From NCBI GenBank assembly GCA_965645245.1, contig OZ287068.1, forward strand, positions 2,852,001-2,916,000: a stretch of 64,000 nucleotides of DNA, in the 5' to 3' direction. Each line of letters begins with the position of its first letter. Positions within the stretch are counted from its first letter, which is position 1. A program made the position numbers and the translations under genes. Shown here one piece after another: positions 36,001 through 48,828 of this stretch. The stretch comes from Massalongia carnosa (taxonomy: Eukaryota). Under the pieces are notes generated by a model. That model saw only the letters and a list, made by a program, of their open reading frames with translations. It searched no databases and was not told the DNA's origin.

Positions 36001-37754
36001 GATCGACTTGTAATGGGTGCCGTTGACACCGAGACATTGAAGATACGATCATGTGTCTCTGCAAAAATATGTTTCGCATTACCATCATCCTGCCGAATGA
36101 CTCTGAGACCACCCGAACGTGGGCTTCCATACACGATGAAGTCGCTAGTTGCAGTTGCAAGAGTTCGGTCAATTTGATCGAATTCTTTTTTCAAACGAGC
36201 AATGTTAGTCACGGAACCATCTTGTAGCGTTAGAGTTGGCAGTTCTCTCTGCTGTATATCAATCGACACGAAAGGTTTCATCGGAAACTGGTAAACCGGG
36301 ACAGCGCGATCAAGCTTGGCTTTTGGTACAGGCCCTTCTCCTTCTGCGCTTTCCCAGTCATTGGCAATAATGCCTTCAGCGGCAGCATCTATAGCATCCT
36401 TGACCACCTCGGCGACAGGTGTGGTCAGATTATCTTCAGGAATGCTTTTGTTGGCATCTTCTTCTAACTCCAACTTCACTTCAGTCGCAAACTCCTCGGT
36501 CTTGTCTTTCAAAGCATGCATCGTGGCTTCTTCAGCGTTTTCCTTTTTGATTTTCAGTTCGCTCTCCTTCTCCTCTGCATTGGCCAATGCAGTCTCGACC
36601 TCTTCGTCCAACTGGCTCCCCACTTCGTTCAAAGCCTGCGCTACCGTCCCTGCGCTTTGACTCGGTGCTCCCATGCCCATCAGAGCCTCAACTTGGCTGC
36701 GCCCATCTCTGAGAGGTGTTGGCGCAGGGGACTCAATACTTTGTAGGACCTCGCTGCTAGAGGGAGTAAGCTTTCTCCTTGAGCTTGTCTGGACAGATAT
36801 CGGGGTAGGCTCAATGGTTTTACGCTTGTTACCATCCCCGTTCAGAGAGCGCGGCTTCGCATGGCGAGGAGAAGAAGCAGCAAGTTGCTCGAAAGGGTTC
36901 ACATAAGTGAAAATAGAGTCCTTCTTAGGCGCCAGCTGAGGCTTTGGTAGATCTTGGGGTTCGAAGGGAGTCGGCTCCCTATCATCGTTGCTACCAAAGA
37001 CTCGAATTGGGGATTCATTACGTGTAGAAGTTGCGCTTCTTTTTTCGCTCGCCGTAGCCGATGGCTGTTCCTTAATGGATTTATCTGTCACGTCTTGTGT
37101 TGAGTCTAGTATGGTTGCCTGTCCACCGCGAGGTCCTTGTATACTAGGGCCTTGCTCAGATGTAGGCGATTGTGCTGCGGCGGTACGGTTCAATAGCTTA
37201 AGCAGATAATCCTGATGATTTGTAGCTGGGGGAGTCGCTGTGTTATCACGAGGTGTAGGAGTAGAAAGCTTGCCCATATATGACGCGACCAAATCGGAAG
37301 CTGATATACCACGTCCATGAACGCTGTGTGTGATTGAACTACCCGTGGAATTCTCTTGTGTAGATCCTGCTGTGACCGGAGGTGGCTGTTGAGAAAGGGT
37401 TTGAGGAGAAGCCGCAGGCGTACTAAATTTGAGAAGGTTTAACAAATTGGCAGTTCGATCTGCATTGGAACGATCACCAGGTGTGGCACTCCGGCTGGTG
37501 CTCAAATTGGAGGGGACACCACGAGGTTGAGACACATTGAGAGAACTTATAGATCCTGGTGACATGGCAGTAGGCTGAAGCTGGTCAGAAGTTGGGTGGT
37601 GAGTCGAGTTGAGGGAGTAAGACTGCCGGTTTGCCGTTGGTGCTGGGCTCCCATCTTTACTCATAGCATAGGTCCTCTCACCAGAAGATCGTAAGCTTGC
37701 GAAAAGACCTTGAAGGTCCGATGCAGGATCAACAACCCCACCAGGACTAGACAT
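33010..37754 (-). CDS. EDC4/Ge-1/Pdc1-like mRNA decapping scaffold (WD40 beta-propeller, coiled coil, C-terminal helical domain)
   Basis: Large ORF with WD-like repeats (LRFWDI, LQLWDL) and a long helical region. Spliced last exons give LPLLVVLSV...MERLAWLETVFAIIDPNDP, resembling the Ge-1 C-terminal domain. Confidence 0.75.
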
Positions 37755-38580
37755 GGTTTGGAGCGCAAAACGCGTGGATGAGACTGGGGGAATACAACGA
37801 GGTACAAAGAAGCACGACGTGCGTATTGAAGGCAGAAAAATGGAGTATTTGGAGGTGGTTGTCATGTACGGAGTAACTACATTAAGATAACCTTTAGTTA
37901 ACTACTCAGTATAGATTAATGCAAAGTGAATTTATATCACGTGAAATAACTAAGCGAATTCACACAAGAGGAGCTCGGCTCAATTGGGCAGCTAACTCAA
38001 ACAACCATCTAGGAGGTCAAACGACTAGCAAATCGACAAATACGTTAGTTACGAACTTTGTAGGTAGGTAGCTATATGATTTTTGGTGAATTCACTACTT
38101 CGTAAAGTGCGAGGGCTATAAAGTCATTGGAATCCTGGTTTCCTAGCTGCCCTTTGATGATGGAAAGTGTTATGCTCTAGATTTTCGTTACACGATGCGC
38201 TTGGGAGGTGGATGGGTGAAGATGGGGATGGAAACGGAAAAGTATCAGCGAAAAGGATAAGTAGGTAGTTGTTGTTTTAGATAAATCTTTCGATAGACTA
38301 GCCCCTATCCAGGTGTTTCTTTGCGTAGCCGAAAAAAAGTCTCGTCATGAATTAAGAGGACTCCTAGTATGCAAGCATTTCAGAATGTAAATTTACAGTC
38401 TACACAGAGATAGAGATGTTTTACCATACATTGAGATTTCGTTGCTCGACTTCCATCGTTGATTGAATCATGCTGGGGAGAACCAATCTCCATTTGAGCC
38501 ACCACTCTTGACATCCCTCAATCGTTAGAAGGTAAACACCCAATTGCACCTCGACTGCGCTTGCCCATAGGTTGCACTCC

Positions 38581-39916
38581 CTACTTACGCGCCGAATCAG
38601 TGAACTTGATGATATGCGATCCTGAAGCCTCACTTGTTCGCATTGATTCAAGATCTTGCCGGTGGGTTCCGCCAGGAGCGACCTCAGTGACGCGGTTGAG
38701 GCTCTCTTGCGTGTCCAGTCGTTGGTGTGGCCCAAGGGACTCAGTATTTGCCTTGGTTTCCGACCGAACTTTCTTTGACCGCGTTCTAAGGCCAAAGCTG
38801 CCACTGTTGCCACTGCCCTTTTTAGTGCTGGTCAAAATGTGGATATCACTCGCGAGCAAGCCGGTTTGAAGGCCATCCATAAAAGGCCTCAGGAAAATAA
38901 AACATGCAAAAATGATGCTTAGATTCATGTTAATCTGCGTGATTACGGCCGTGGAGGAGTCGTCAAAGGGATGATCGTTAGAGTGAGATGTAGATTTTAT
39001 GAAAACCATGCGAATGATGGCAAGGGGGATCAACCTATTAGTTATTAGATACGAGGCTAGTCAGGGTTGTACAAGCTCCTTACAATAGCCTTGCAGCAAA
39101 CGCACTCATGATGGTGGCTTTTCGACTCCAGGGCATTTGAAGGTCAGAAAGTATGTAAATAGGCAACACGATAGTGGCAAGATCGACGAGAATGTCAAAA
39201 GCCCCGATGACACCCCAGAAAGCGGGCTATTTGGATTTTAGTTAACGACCCATTCTATACCAATCGATGTGAAACTAACCTGATTGAAGCATTGATCAGA
39301 GGCTATAGCCCAAGGTCGAGGCGAAGCACATTGAGATGCAATAGCAATCAATGCCGCAACCGTCCAAACGGAGTTTACGGCTACGATAATTCTTCGGATG
39401 GTACGTGGTAAGTTGCTGATCGTGATAGTATCGAGGAAATGTAAGATGGCGAACTTTGGAAGGGAGAGAGACAATATATAAAGAAGCTGCGCAGCATATC
39501 CTGTCTACCCAAGGTGAGCCCGTCAGTTGAAAGCGTTGATGTGGCTCAAGCATTCAAGTTGAAGAACCCACTTTCTCATAACTCTCAAACTGAGACGTTG
39601 TCAAAGAACTGATATGCTGTCCCAAACCAGCTTCGACCTGCTTGCCAGATGCAATGCTTTCGCCTATGGCGGCCAGCTATAACAAACTCTAATCAACATT
39701 CATTCATTGAGTAATTGATGTTGAAAGAACCATGACAGGGCTTACCATTCCGGCAAACATGATGAAGTCATCCCCTTGAGGCCGGCTAATCTTCCTAAAT
39801 TTTGTGATTATCTTCGTCAAGGTGGCCAGACACGCAACCACTAGAGTAATCCAGGTTGCGAGGTTGACCAATGGCCCACGGTTGTCATCTGTTATTCTGA
39901 CCTGTTGCGACGACAT
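38581..39916 (-). CDS. Pth11-like / fungal rhodopsin-domain integral membrane protein
   Basis: DNRGPLVNLATWI...DDFIM, SLPKFAILHFL, QCASPRPW, QINMNLSIIFAC..FLRPF; several introns. Confidence 0.8.
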
Positions 39917-41977
39917 GTCATCGGGACGTGTTTAGTGGTTCAAGAAGAAGGATGGATCTATGCAAGAACATATACTCTGGTGCTGCACGCCAGACTTTAG
40001 GTGTTACAAGAACTTCCAGGGGCATAACGACTGGTTGCTCAAAAGCGCTCTAGTCTTATGGCTTGTCGCCAGTTAAGAAACTGAGCGATCCCTCAGGCTG
40101 AACGAACCCCCGGGTTGAGGAGAGTGATGTACCTCAGTTTTGAATGTTTATCCTAGCCATTCTTTAGCTGGCTTGAATCCTCAGCAGGGATAGATGGTCC
40201 TAAAAGACCCTCGGTTAAGCCTTCAAAACCTACCTACCCGCACTACCACGCCCCGGATTTGATGGCCCGACCCCAGCTTACTTAAAATGTGGAGTCGTTC
40301 AGCTTTAGTTCGATCTTAATTCTGGTTCCGGCCTGGACCCAAAGTTGCCAAAAGCTATGTTTGAGGCCCGCCACCCTGATACCCCCTGACAATCTCATCT
40401 CCATTCTCCACAGATATCTGCTCTTAACAGCGTCAGTGCTCGGTACTCGGTACATATGCTATGTGCAAATCTGCATTTATGAAAACTCTGGCAGGTATAG
40501 ATCTCTAATGCGGGTATTCGTTGATAAAGTTTCCTCCACTGTAGGTGCTCAACTACTTCAAGCACTGTAAATAACGGCTGCGGGTTGGTTCACATAGCGA
40601 ACCCGTAATTATTCCGTACTCCGGACTCCGGACTCATTGGGAGATCTGAAAGCTGATGAGAAAACAAAAAGCCCCGTAACCTCAAGACTAAAGTTGAGCA
40701 GCGGATCGGGCTGAGCTGATTGGCGTAAAATTAGATCGAAAATCCACATAGGAAGTCCAGGATAAAGTTGAACGAAAGTAGTATCCTGTACGAAGTATTT
40801 AGTAATCATATAAAATACCAAGCTGGCACTACTTAAAGTTAGGCTGAAAAAAAGCTTGCCACTTAACTGAACGATCAAGATTGCCCATAATTGCCAACGA
40901 ATGAGCAAGGCAGGCACATACTGTCCCCCCCCGAAACTGAACTCTAGTTAAGAAGATTAAGAAGATTAAGAAGATATATCTACGTTCCCTTTTTAGAGAA
41001 TTCATCTATGGTAGATGGAGAAACGGAGCGGACAGGGCAAGATTTTGTAAAGATATCGAGTACTGTCCCTCGTGGTTATCTGTTTTCTATTCCGATTAGC
41101 TCATTCAGATTGGCGTGCAGCAGGGGTTCCTCACTTTCATTGTCCTTCCCACCTAAACATTCCATCGAAGTATCATAGGTCTATTTACCACGCTACGTTT
41201 TGCACTTAACGGGTTGGTATACACTGATAGGTAGGCATGCTAACCAAAAGTAGGATGGGCTAGACTTCTTTAGTACTCAATCAGATGGATGGAGATAATC
41301 GTCATTTGCCTTCTAAGATTCCCGTTACAGAGCAAGCTGGGATCTTCCTGTGGGGTGTTCTGCCGGCGTCTCTTCCGGGCGTGCTGCCTAACACGCGCCT
41401 AAGTGCTCATACATACTTGCATTGACCACCTCCTCCGCTGAAACCGAGGACTCCGTTCCCTGTAAGAACGTACGCTACTCAGAATCTGCGACTACCTACC
41501 TAATTAGTACTCGTTTGGCTTTCATTCTCATTTTCGTTTTGTTATGTGAAAGTCTTGGGGAGACTAAATGTCATTTTGCAAATTGCTCTTTCCCGTCCCA
41601 TGAATGTCTTTGGTATGAAAAGGTTAATGACGGGACAAAATCCAAACGAAACCTGCCTACAAGCCCCCAAACCTAATATGTAGTACCTCTTACCAAGGCC
41701 TTAGGCATTTGTTAGACTATAACTAACCAAAGCCACTTACTTGGCCTAGCCAAGCCATGCATTTTACAGTTCTCAGAGATTCGAAGAACTTACATCCCCA
41801 ACTACTCTGCGAACTAACGTTATGTATCGTCCCGTTCAATGCTTCCGTCATGGTCTTGAGCCGGATGGTCTTACTCGGCTTTGCTTCTTCCTTCCATATA
41901 AAAAACCCCCCACGATCTGACCAAGATATACATCTCTTGGCAAATCGTCTTCAAGGTTTTGATACTTCACCGCAGTT

Positions 41978-44081
41978 ATGGCAGCAGTTACTAGTGATGT
42001 CGAGAGCCACCCCATGAAGACTCCTTCCTCCATAGTGGCGAGAGTAAATAAGAATTCCGAGAATCATGAAGAATACAACTCCAAATCCAATTCAGATGAA
42101 GCGGAGCTGGCGCATTTTGGCAAGCGTCAGCAGCTCAAAGTAAGTCATTGGGGGACAGCTGCGAGGTGCGCTGTGCGAATGGCTATAGTGACGTATTTTG
42201 GCATGGACTGTAGCGAAGCTTTGGACTTGTCTCTATCACCGGTCTTACGTGCACACTAATGGGAACATGGGAAGGACTCTTCGTGTAAGCTACAGATTCG
42301 AGGAAGATGGCGGAGAAGAAAAGCCCTACTAATTGAACCACAGCGCTTTCGCATCCGGCTTGAACAATGGAGGTCCAGCTGGGCTTGTTTATGGCTATTT
42401 GTTTGCTTGGGTGGGGACCGCGTTGCAGGTTCTGATCTTGGCTGAACTAGGCTCAATGTAAGCAAACCATTGGTCGCATCAGTTTGGTTTTTTATGGCCA
42501 TGACAGGATTCCTCTTTCTGGAGGCCATTACAATTGGTAAGTGGTTCTACAGTTCTATGCGTGGACCCGTAATAAAACTTACTCGACGACAGGGTGGCAA
42601 TTCTTTCGCCGCCGTCGTGCTCCAAATTTCTCAGCTATTTAACAGGTTGGACCAGCGTCATTGCTTGGCAAGCAGGTATGGCCAGCGGCGCCTTCATAGC
42701 GGGCACGATCATTCAAGGCCTTTTGGTTCTCAATCATCCGTCTTACGTTTTCCAGCGGTGGCACGGAACCCTTTTGTTTTTTGCCATCGATGCGTTGGTG
42801 TTGTTCGTCAACACTTACTTGGTTCGTTTGCTGCCAAGAATCGAATCCATAGTGCTTGTGATTCATGTTATTGGGTTTTTTGGGATTTTGATTCCCTTGG
42901 TCTATCTTGCCCCTCATGGCTCAGTACATGATGTATTTGCTACGTTCAACAATGGAGGTGGGTGGAGTAGCACAACGCTCTCCTTTTTTATTGGTATGGC
43001 CACGAGCATTTACGCCTTCATTGGTAGGTCCTCAGTCACGGGCAATGCATGCAGGCTGCAGCTGAAGTATTATAGGTATCGACGCCGCGAGTCATATGGG
43101 TAAGTTCAGAGCATACCCATTCGGCCTATTCGGCCTCACGCGCTTTCGCTTGGGTGAACCTGAAACCGCTAGAAAGAAGATTTACTGACTCCTCGATCAT
43201 AGCTGAGGAGATCGAAGGCGCGGTGATCGTCATCCCCCGAAGCATGATTGTTTCCGTCATCATTAATGGGTGTCTTGGCTTGGGCATGCTCATAGCAATT
43301 CTGTTCTGTTTGGGTGATCTTGAAGCCGCATTGAAGACACCAACTGGATTCCCATTTATTGAAATCTTTACTCAAGCCACAAATTCCAAAACCGGCGGAA
43401 CTCTCATGGTGAGTTAGCTAATTTCCGGGTGTTTAGATGAAAGGTCATATCGCAGAACTTACCGTTCGTGCAGTCTTCCTTGATCATTGCTGCCATCATC
43501 TTTGGCGTTATTGGGTTTCTCGCAACCGGCTCGCGTATGACATGGGCTTTCGCTCGAGAGAGAGGCCTCCCATTTTCCTCATATCTCGCCAGAGTGAGTC
43601 TCTTCCAGCAAGCGCAAACTATTTCGCTAATAACCTATTGTAGGTTGATCCTCGCACAGCACTCCCGCTCTGGTCCATCGGTTTTACAATCCTCGTCAAT
43701 TTGCTCCTCGCTCTGATCAATATCGGCTCTTCAACTGCCTTCAATGCCTTCACTAGTCTCGTCATCGCCGCGTTCTATTCCACGTTCCTAGTATCCGCCT
43801 CGGTCTTGCTGCACAAACGGCTCACCACACCCTCCGCGGAGATCCGCTGGGGCCCTTTTAAGCTTGGGCGCTTCGGGGTTCCGATTAATATTCTAGCCAT
43901 CATGTATAGCATTATCGGCGTATTCTTCTCCTTCTGGCCCCCTAGCGTAACCGTGACAGCGCAGACGATGAATTGGTCCATTGCTGTGTTTGGGGGGGTT
44001 TTGGTGTTTAGTATTGTATTCTGGTTTGCGCACGGGCGCAAAGTTTACACTGGACCTTTGACTGAGATCCATCTTGACTGA
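41978..44081 (+). CDS. APC-superfamily amino acid/choline/GABA permease (Hnm1/Uga4-like), many introns
   Basis: LAHFGKRQQLK, LNNGGPAG, LAELGSM, SYLTGW, HMAEEI, SRMTWAFARERGLPFS, GPFKLG, RKVYTGP. Confidence 0.93.
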
Positions 44082-44709
44082 TGAGATACATTGGATAGAG
44101 CTAGATTTTGATTACTCAAGTCACTCTGTCATGACTCTTTCTTGTTGTCGAGGTGTAAGTTGATGAACTTGTACTTAGCTTCCCGACCTGTGTGTTTCTT
44201 TATAGCACGGTGCAGTTTCCAACCATATTCTGGAAGCGAAGTCTTCCAGCGGATGAAATGAAAAACGAGGTGAGCCTATGGAGCAATGCTAGCGGGCGGT
44301 TCGAGCTGAACTGCTATCCAACCATTCTAAAAAATTTGTTTTAGGCTGTGAAGCTCTTCAATTCAACCTCTCCTTTTCAACTAATGCCTTTACAGTTCTC
44401 ATGGATTGAGATCAGACGTTCTTAAGCGCGTTATCTCGATACTATAATTGAAAAATGTTAGTCTTAGAAATTTCCTCAGCTTTATATTGACCCTTCTCAA
44501 AGAAGCTGCCACTCAACCCCCTTCGGACTTTCTTTGCGCTCTTCATCATTGAACAGCCTTTTAACCTGTAACAATGCTCCATTTAGGCTTTTTGGTCTTT
44601 TATGTGGAGCGGTCATTACAGGGAAAGTTTGTTATCTTATCATTTCATGATCTCTGAGTTTGAGACTAGACTCTTTTTAGGCTTTCAAGGTCTTTTTCGT
44701 TGAACGGCC

Positions 44710-46050
44710 CACGCGGGTGACAAAAAAAACTGCACACACAAACTTTCCCCGCACTTCTATCTTTGCAATCACCCTCAGCATCAATTGATTATATAATCGT
44801 ACCACCATAACTGAGCATGATAATGACGATGATGACGAAGATCATTATCCTACTCCAGTCAAATCAAAAGTTCAAGGTGCTGTCGAATTTTGCGAGCGCA
44901 TGAACATTCCTTACTTCCAAGAGGATGTTTTTCGAACTTTCAATGTCAGTCACCGTCGGGGCTGGGAATTTCTTCGCGATAATTCACCTTCTTCATCTTC
45001 TCGAGGAAGACATAATGATTCAAATCAAGAAGAGACTCGAGGTCGTAAAGGTCTCATTACTCCACGAAAAATTCGAGAAATGGAGCGTCTTTTAGAGGAA
45101 GAGGGCATAGAAACTCGCGCGTTGACTTGGGAGCAATTGGGCTATGAAGTTGGTTTAGACTGCACCGGACGAACAGTTCAGAGAGCTATGGGTACCATGA
45201 ATTATCACAAGTGTGTCTCTTGTAGAAAGGGCTGAGTCAACAAGAAAACAGCGAAAAGTCGAATGAATTGGGCTGAGATTATGCTTCATATATATCCTGA
45301 ATCGGAGGATTGGCATCACGTACGATTCAGTGACGAGGTGCATTTTGGCTGGGGTTCTCAAGGGAAATTACGAATAATTCGTCAATCAGGTACACGATAT
45401 TGTCAGGATTGCATTCAGGAAGCAGACGAACCGAATGAGAAAGATACAAAACGTCATCATTGCTGGGCCTCCGGAGGATACAATTTCAAGTCTGACATAT
45501 AATTTTACGAGATTCCTGGCAATTCGAATGAAAAAATGAGTCAAAAGGCTTACATCGAGCAAATTCTCGATCTCATTGTACTTCCATGGCTACAAGCAGG
45601 TCAGAATTTCGTTTTGGAAGAGGATGGTGATTCGGGTTATGGATCAGGCAAATCAAATATCGTACGCACTTGGAAGGAGAAACATGAACTAAAGCACTAC
45701 TTCAATTGCCCTTCGTCTCCTGCTTTGTCTTTCATTGAGAAATTGCTGGCAGTTTCCAAAACAACATCTTCGTAAATATCCACATTGGGACGATGCGACC
45801 ACTAAGGAGTTGATTTTAGAGGGATGGGGACCATGTTTCGCAGAGACTTATCAACGAAAAGGTAGCTACAATGCCTGACCGTCTCCGAGCAGTTATTTCT
45901 GGTGAAGGTAGAATGACTGGATATTGAATGAAGTATTTCGAATTCAATTGAGTATGTGTTTGATCAAATAATTATCGTGTAGATAGTAGTAAATTTGACG
46001 TGGTAGGATGGGGAAAGTTTGTGTGTGCAGTTTTTTTTGTCACCCGCGTG
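44710..46050 (+). mobile_element. Tc1-like DD37E transposon, full length, degenerate transposase
   Basis: TIRs CACGCGGGTGACAAAAAAAACTGCACACACAAACTTTCCCC and its reverse complement ending at 46050. FSDEVHFG, VLEEDGDSGYG and MTGY* fragments. Flanks CGGCC and GTAAG: no TA and no TSD visible. Confidence 0.92.
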
Positions 46051-46728
46051 GTAAGGAAATGAATTTTTTAATGAACTTGAGATTTGTCCCAATTGAGACC
46101 ATAATAAGTAGCAGAGCACGTGACAGTAGTGCTTTGAGTGCATTGTTCACCATGGGACGCCTCAAAAAAGAATTCAATTTGATGAGTCCAACATCAAACC
46201 ATATATTTCGTACACATGTGCTGTTGGGATGATTCAGCTATCCGGCCTGCAAAGGATGCCTTATCTGGGAATTTGGGAGCACTGAATTTAATTTGATTTG
46301 ACCAGCATTTAAATTCTGGTGACTTTATATCTACACTAGATTATACTAGAAAATATAGCAGAACAATAATAGAGCAGCGAGTTGAGGATAGCAAACGCTA
46401 AGCTAAGTTTTGAGTGATTAAGGCGCCAAACAAAAGCCCGGAAGAAATGGAAAGTCGGCAGGAAAGAGCGCATTTAAGATTATGTCAGACTTCTAGGTTA
46501 AAGTGATTTCTTTCTTTCCAGGGACAAACCTTCAATCATCTGAGTTCTGCCTTCTCCGCTGAAGATTTTCCCCCCACGGATCGGCTCAACCAATTTACCA
46601 TCAACCGCTGGTGCAGCTAGAAAGGCTCTAGAAAACCCAACCCCCAAACGCCCCACGAAACCGTTGATGTTATTGTACAACATCGATAAGCGCACCTGAT
46701 TGTTCTCACCACCATTACTCCCCAAACC

Positions 46729-47305
46729 CTATAACCGAATATAAACGTCCAAGCAGGGTAACCTCCATTCCCGGGCACCCAACCAGCTCCGAATCCATCC
46801 CACACCAATTCCGGTCCATTCAGGTCTAATATCTGCCCTTCGCTTTATCTCTTCCACGGCTGCTCCGGTCAACGCCGAGGCTGTTTGGTTGATTGCTGTG
46901 GCAAGGAACGATGCTTCACCAGCAGGATATCCTCCATTCGAACCAGACCACTCCGATGCTTGGGTCAACGGATTTGGTAACGGTGACGAAAGATGTCGTG
47001 GCTCGAACCAGTTACTATGAACGTCGAAGAAGCAATGGTCGGACCAGTAGCACGAGGATATAAACAGGATTAGGAGTAGTACAGAGCAGTAGACACAGGG
47101 TCGATTAAGGAAGTATGTTAGAAAGAAGAATGATACAACGAATCTAGTTAAACGTTAGTGTATAAGATTTTCTATCAGAACGGGGGCAGCACTGACAACG
47201 GTGATGCATTGGTAGGAATGAAAAGGAGTGGCAGCCAGCTGGGTATCATTAATTATCTTCTTCCACAATAGAATTATTTTAACCTTACCTTCGTAAGCAG
47301 AACAT
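46729..47305 (-). CDS. BLCAP/BC10 (bladder cancer-associated protein) family protein, 3 exons
   Basis: Spliced N-terminus MFCLRSWLPLLFIPTNASP...TYFLNRPCVYCSVLLLILFISSCYWSDHCF follows the BC10 pattern (MYCLQWLLPVLLIP...RKPCTIC). Only the C-terminus appears in the ORF track. Confidence 0.85.
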
Positions 47306-47418
47306 AACTTGCTGTTTGATTACGTTGATATCCTAGATGAAGTTTGGTGAGAGTATTCGAGCTTAAGTGGAGTGCGACTGGCTGCTGTTGAGGGAATTAT
47401 GAACGAACAGACAGATTA

Positions 47419-47483
47419 TCCGTGCCACCCACATCGCTCGGGTCGCCTCGCTTAGGCGACCCGAGCGATGTAGGTGGCACGGA
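47419..47483. mobile_element. 65-bp hairpin MITE-like element flanked by TA
   Basis: TA|TCCGTGCCACCCACATCGCTCGGGTCGCCT-CGCTT-AGGCGACCCGAGCGATGTAGGTGGCACGGA|TA: 30-bp arms with one mismatch. Confidence 0.7.
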
Positions 47484-48828
47484 TAACGCTATAGCCAAAG
47501 GAGATTAGTGAGTGGGGATAGTTACAACGACAAGCTAGTTACAGAGGTTCGTAGTTCGTACCTTTGCGTATAACTACCTTAGCTGAGGTATATGATTTCA
47601 GATCAGAGAGTCTGAATACAACAAGGGCAGTAGTAGGTGGTGTTTTATCTGTTGTATAACTGTTGTTTAATTGTTTGGTCTCAATAAAGATCGATTGTTT
47701 TTCTGTTCGCCTGATACCATTAAATATTCAGACCCTCGCTGTAATAAGGCATCATATACCTATGTACTGGTACTTGACCGTCCAACTGCCTATTCAATCT
47801 CAATCTTCTAGCTGTCTTTTCTAATTGTCGGGTTTTCTACACTATATGATTAAATGCTTGCTTGCTTAGGTACCTACTCCTGTGGAAAGTTATGCACATA
47901 CTATTCTATATTCCGGCACGGTACTCACTGGATCTGTTGTACCCTCGGTTTCGTTTCTCTCTTTTTCTACTAAATGGTGTTATTTTAAGCTGCAAAAAAC
48001 TGGCAAGGACTCAAGAAGCATGTTATTGTTTCATATGTAGTGGAGATATTACTCCGCCTCTTGGAATATGCAATGTTCCTCTAGGCCAGCTTTGTCAGTC
48101 GCTTGGTTTGGTTGCAAGGTGTTTCTTTAGGCATTCATTAACTTATCAATATTTCCATATATTCATTCAGAACAGCTATTACTTAAACTGGAAATTATCA
48201 ACGTACTTTTCAGCTTAGGGATGCATAATTAGGCCCCTTTAAAATACTAGGCTTGAGTGTCAAAAATCTAGTATTTTATGATCCTTGCCTTCACCGGATG
48301 CTGTTGCTATCGGCTCAATGTCCCTGAAGAGTCTGGCAAGTTAAGTAATAAATAACTCCTGGTTTCTTGAGCTATTCGCCTTCTAAAGCCTTGCTCACCT
48401 GCATGTTGATTCAGCATTGGTCCAATATAACCTATAAAACTTCTTCGCTTTGTTTCCAGATTGTTTATTTCTCATCACTGAACATACCGGATGTTAGCCT
48501 ACATCCAAGACTACCCCTTCATCACTCTAGCTTTGACTATCCTACTTTTGGTATTCACGCATAGCGACAACACATTCTCATTATGCCTATCACATTTTGA
48601 AGTTCACCTAAGATATTGTTACACTCAATTCCACCTCACTTCACGTTTGCTTTATCAAAAAGATACAAAACTTCACCAGCCTTTCTGAAGGTGCTAAAGC
48701 TTTATTCTGCGCACTACCTAAGTCTCGCAGTTACTCTAAGCTACAAAAAAAATCGTGTGTTTGTAACTACTCTTCACTTGAACCTAGCGCTTTTCTTTGC
48801 TTATTGGGTCATGACATGATTAGCAGGT

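Noticed and set aside
44710..44735. Resemblance of the TIR (CACGCGG-GTG-ACAAAAAAA) to an RSS heptamer/nonamer, implying RAG/Transib identity
   Set aside because: The spacing is not 12/23 and the encoded enzyme has Tc1-type motifs; only the CAC end and 5-bp TSD are retained as observations.
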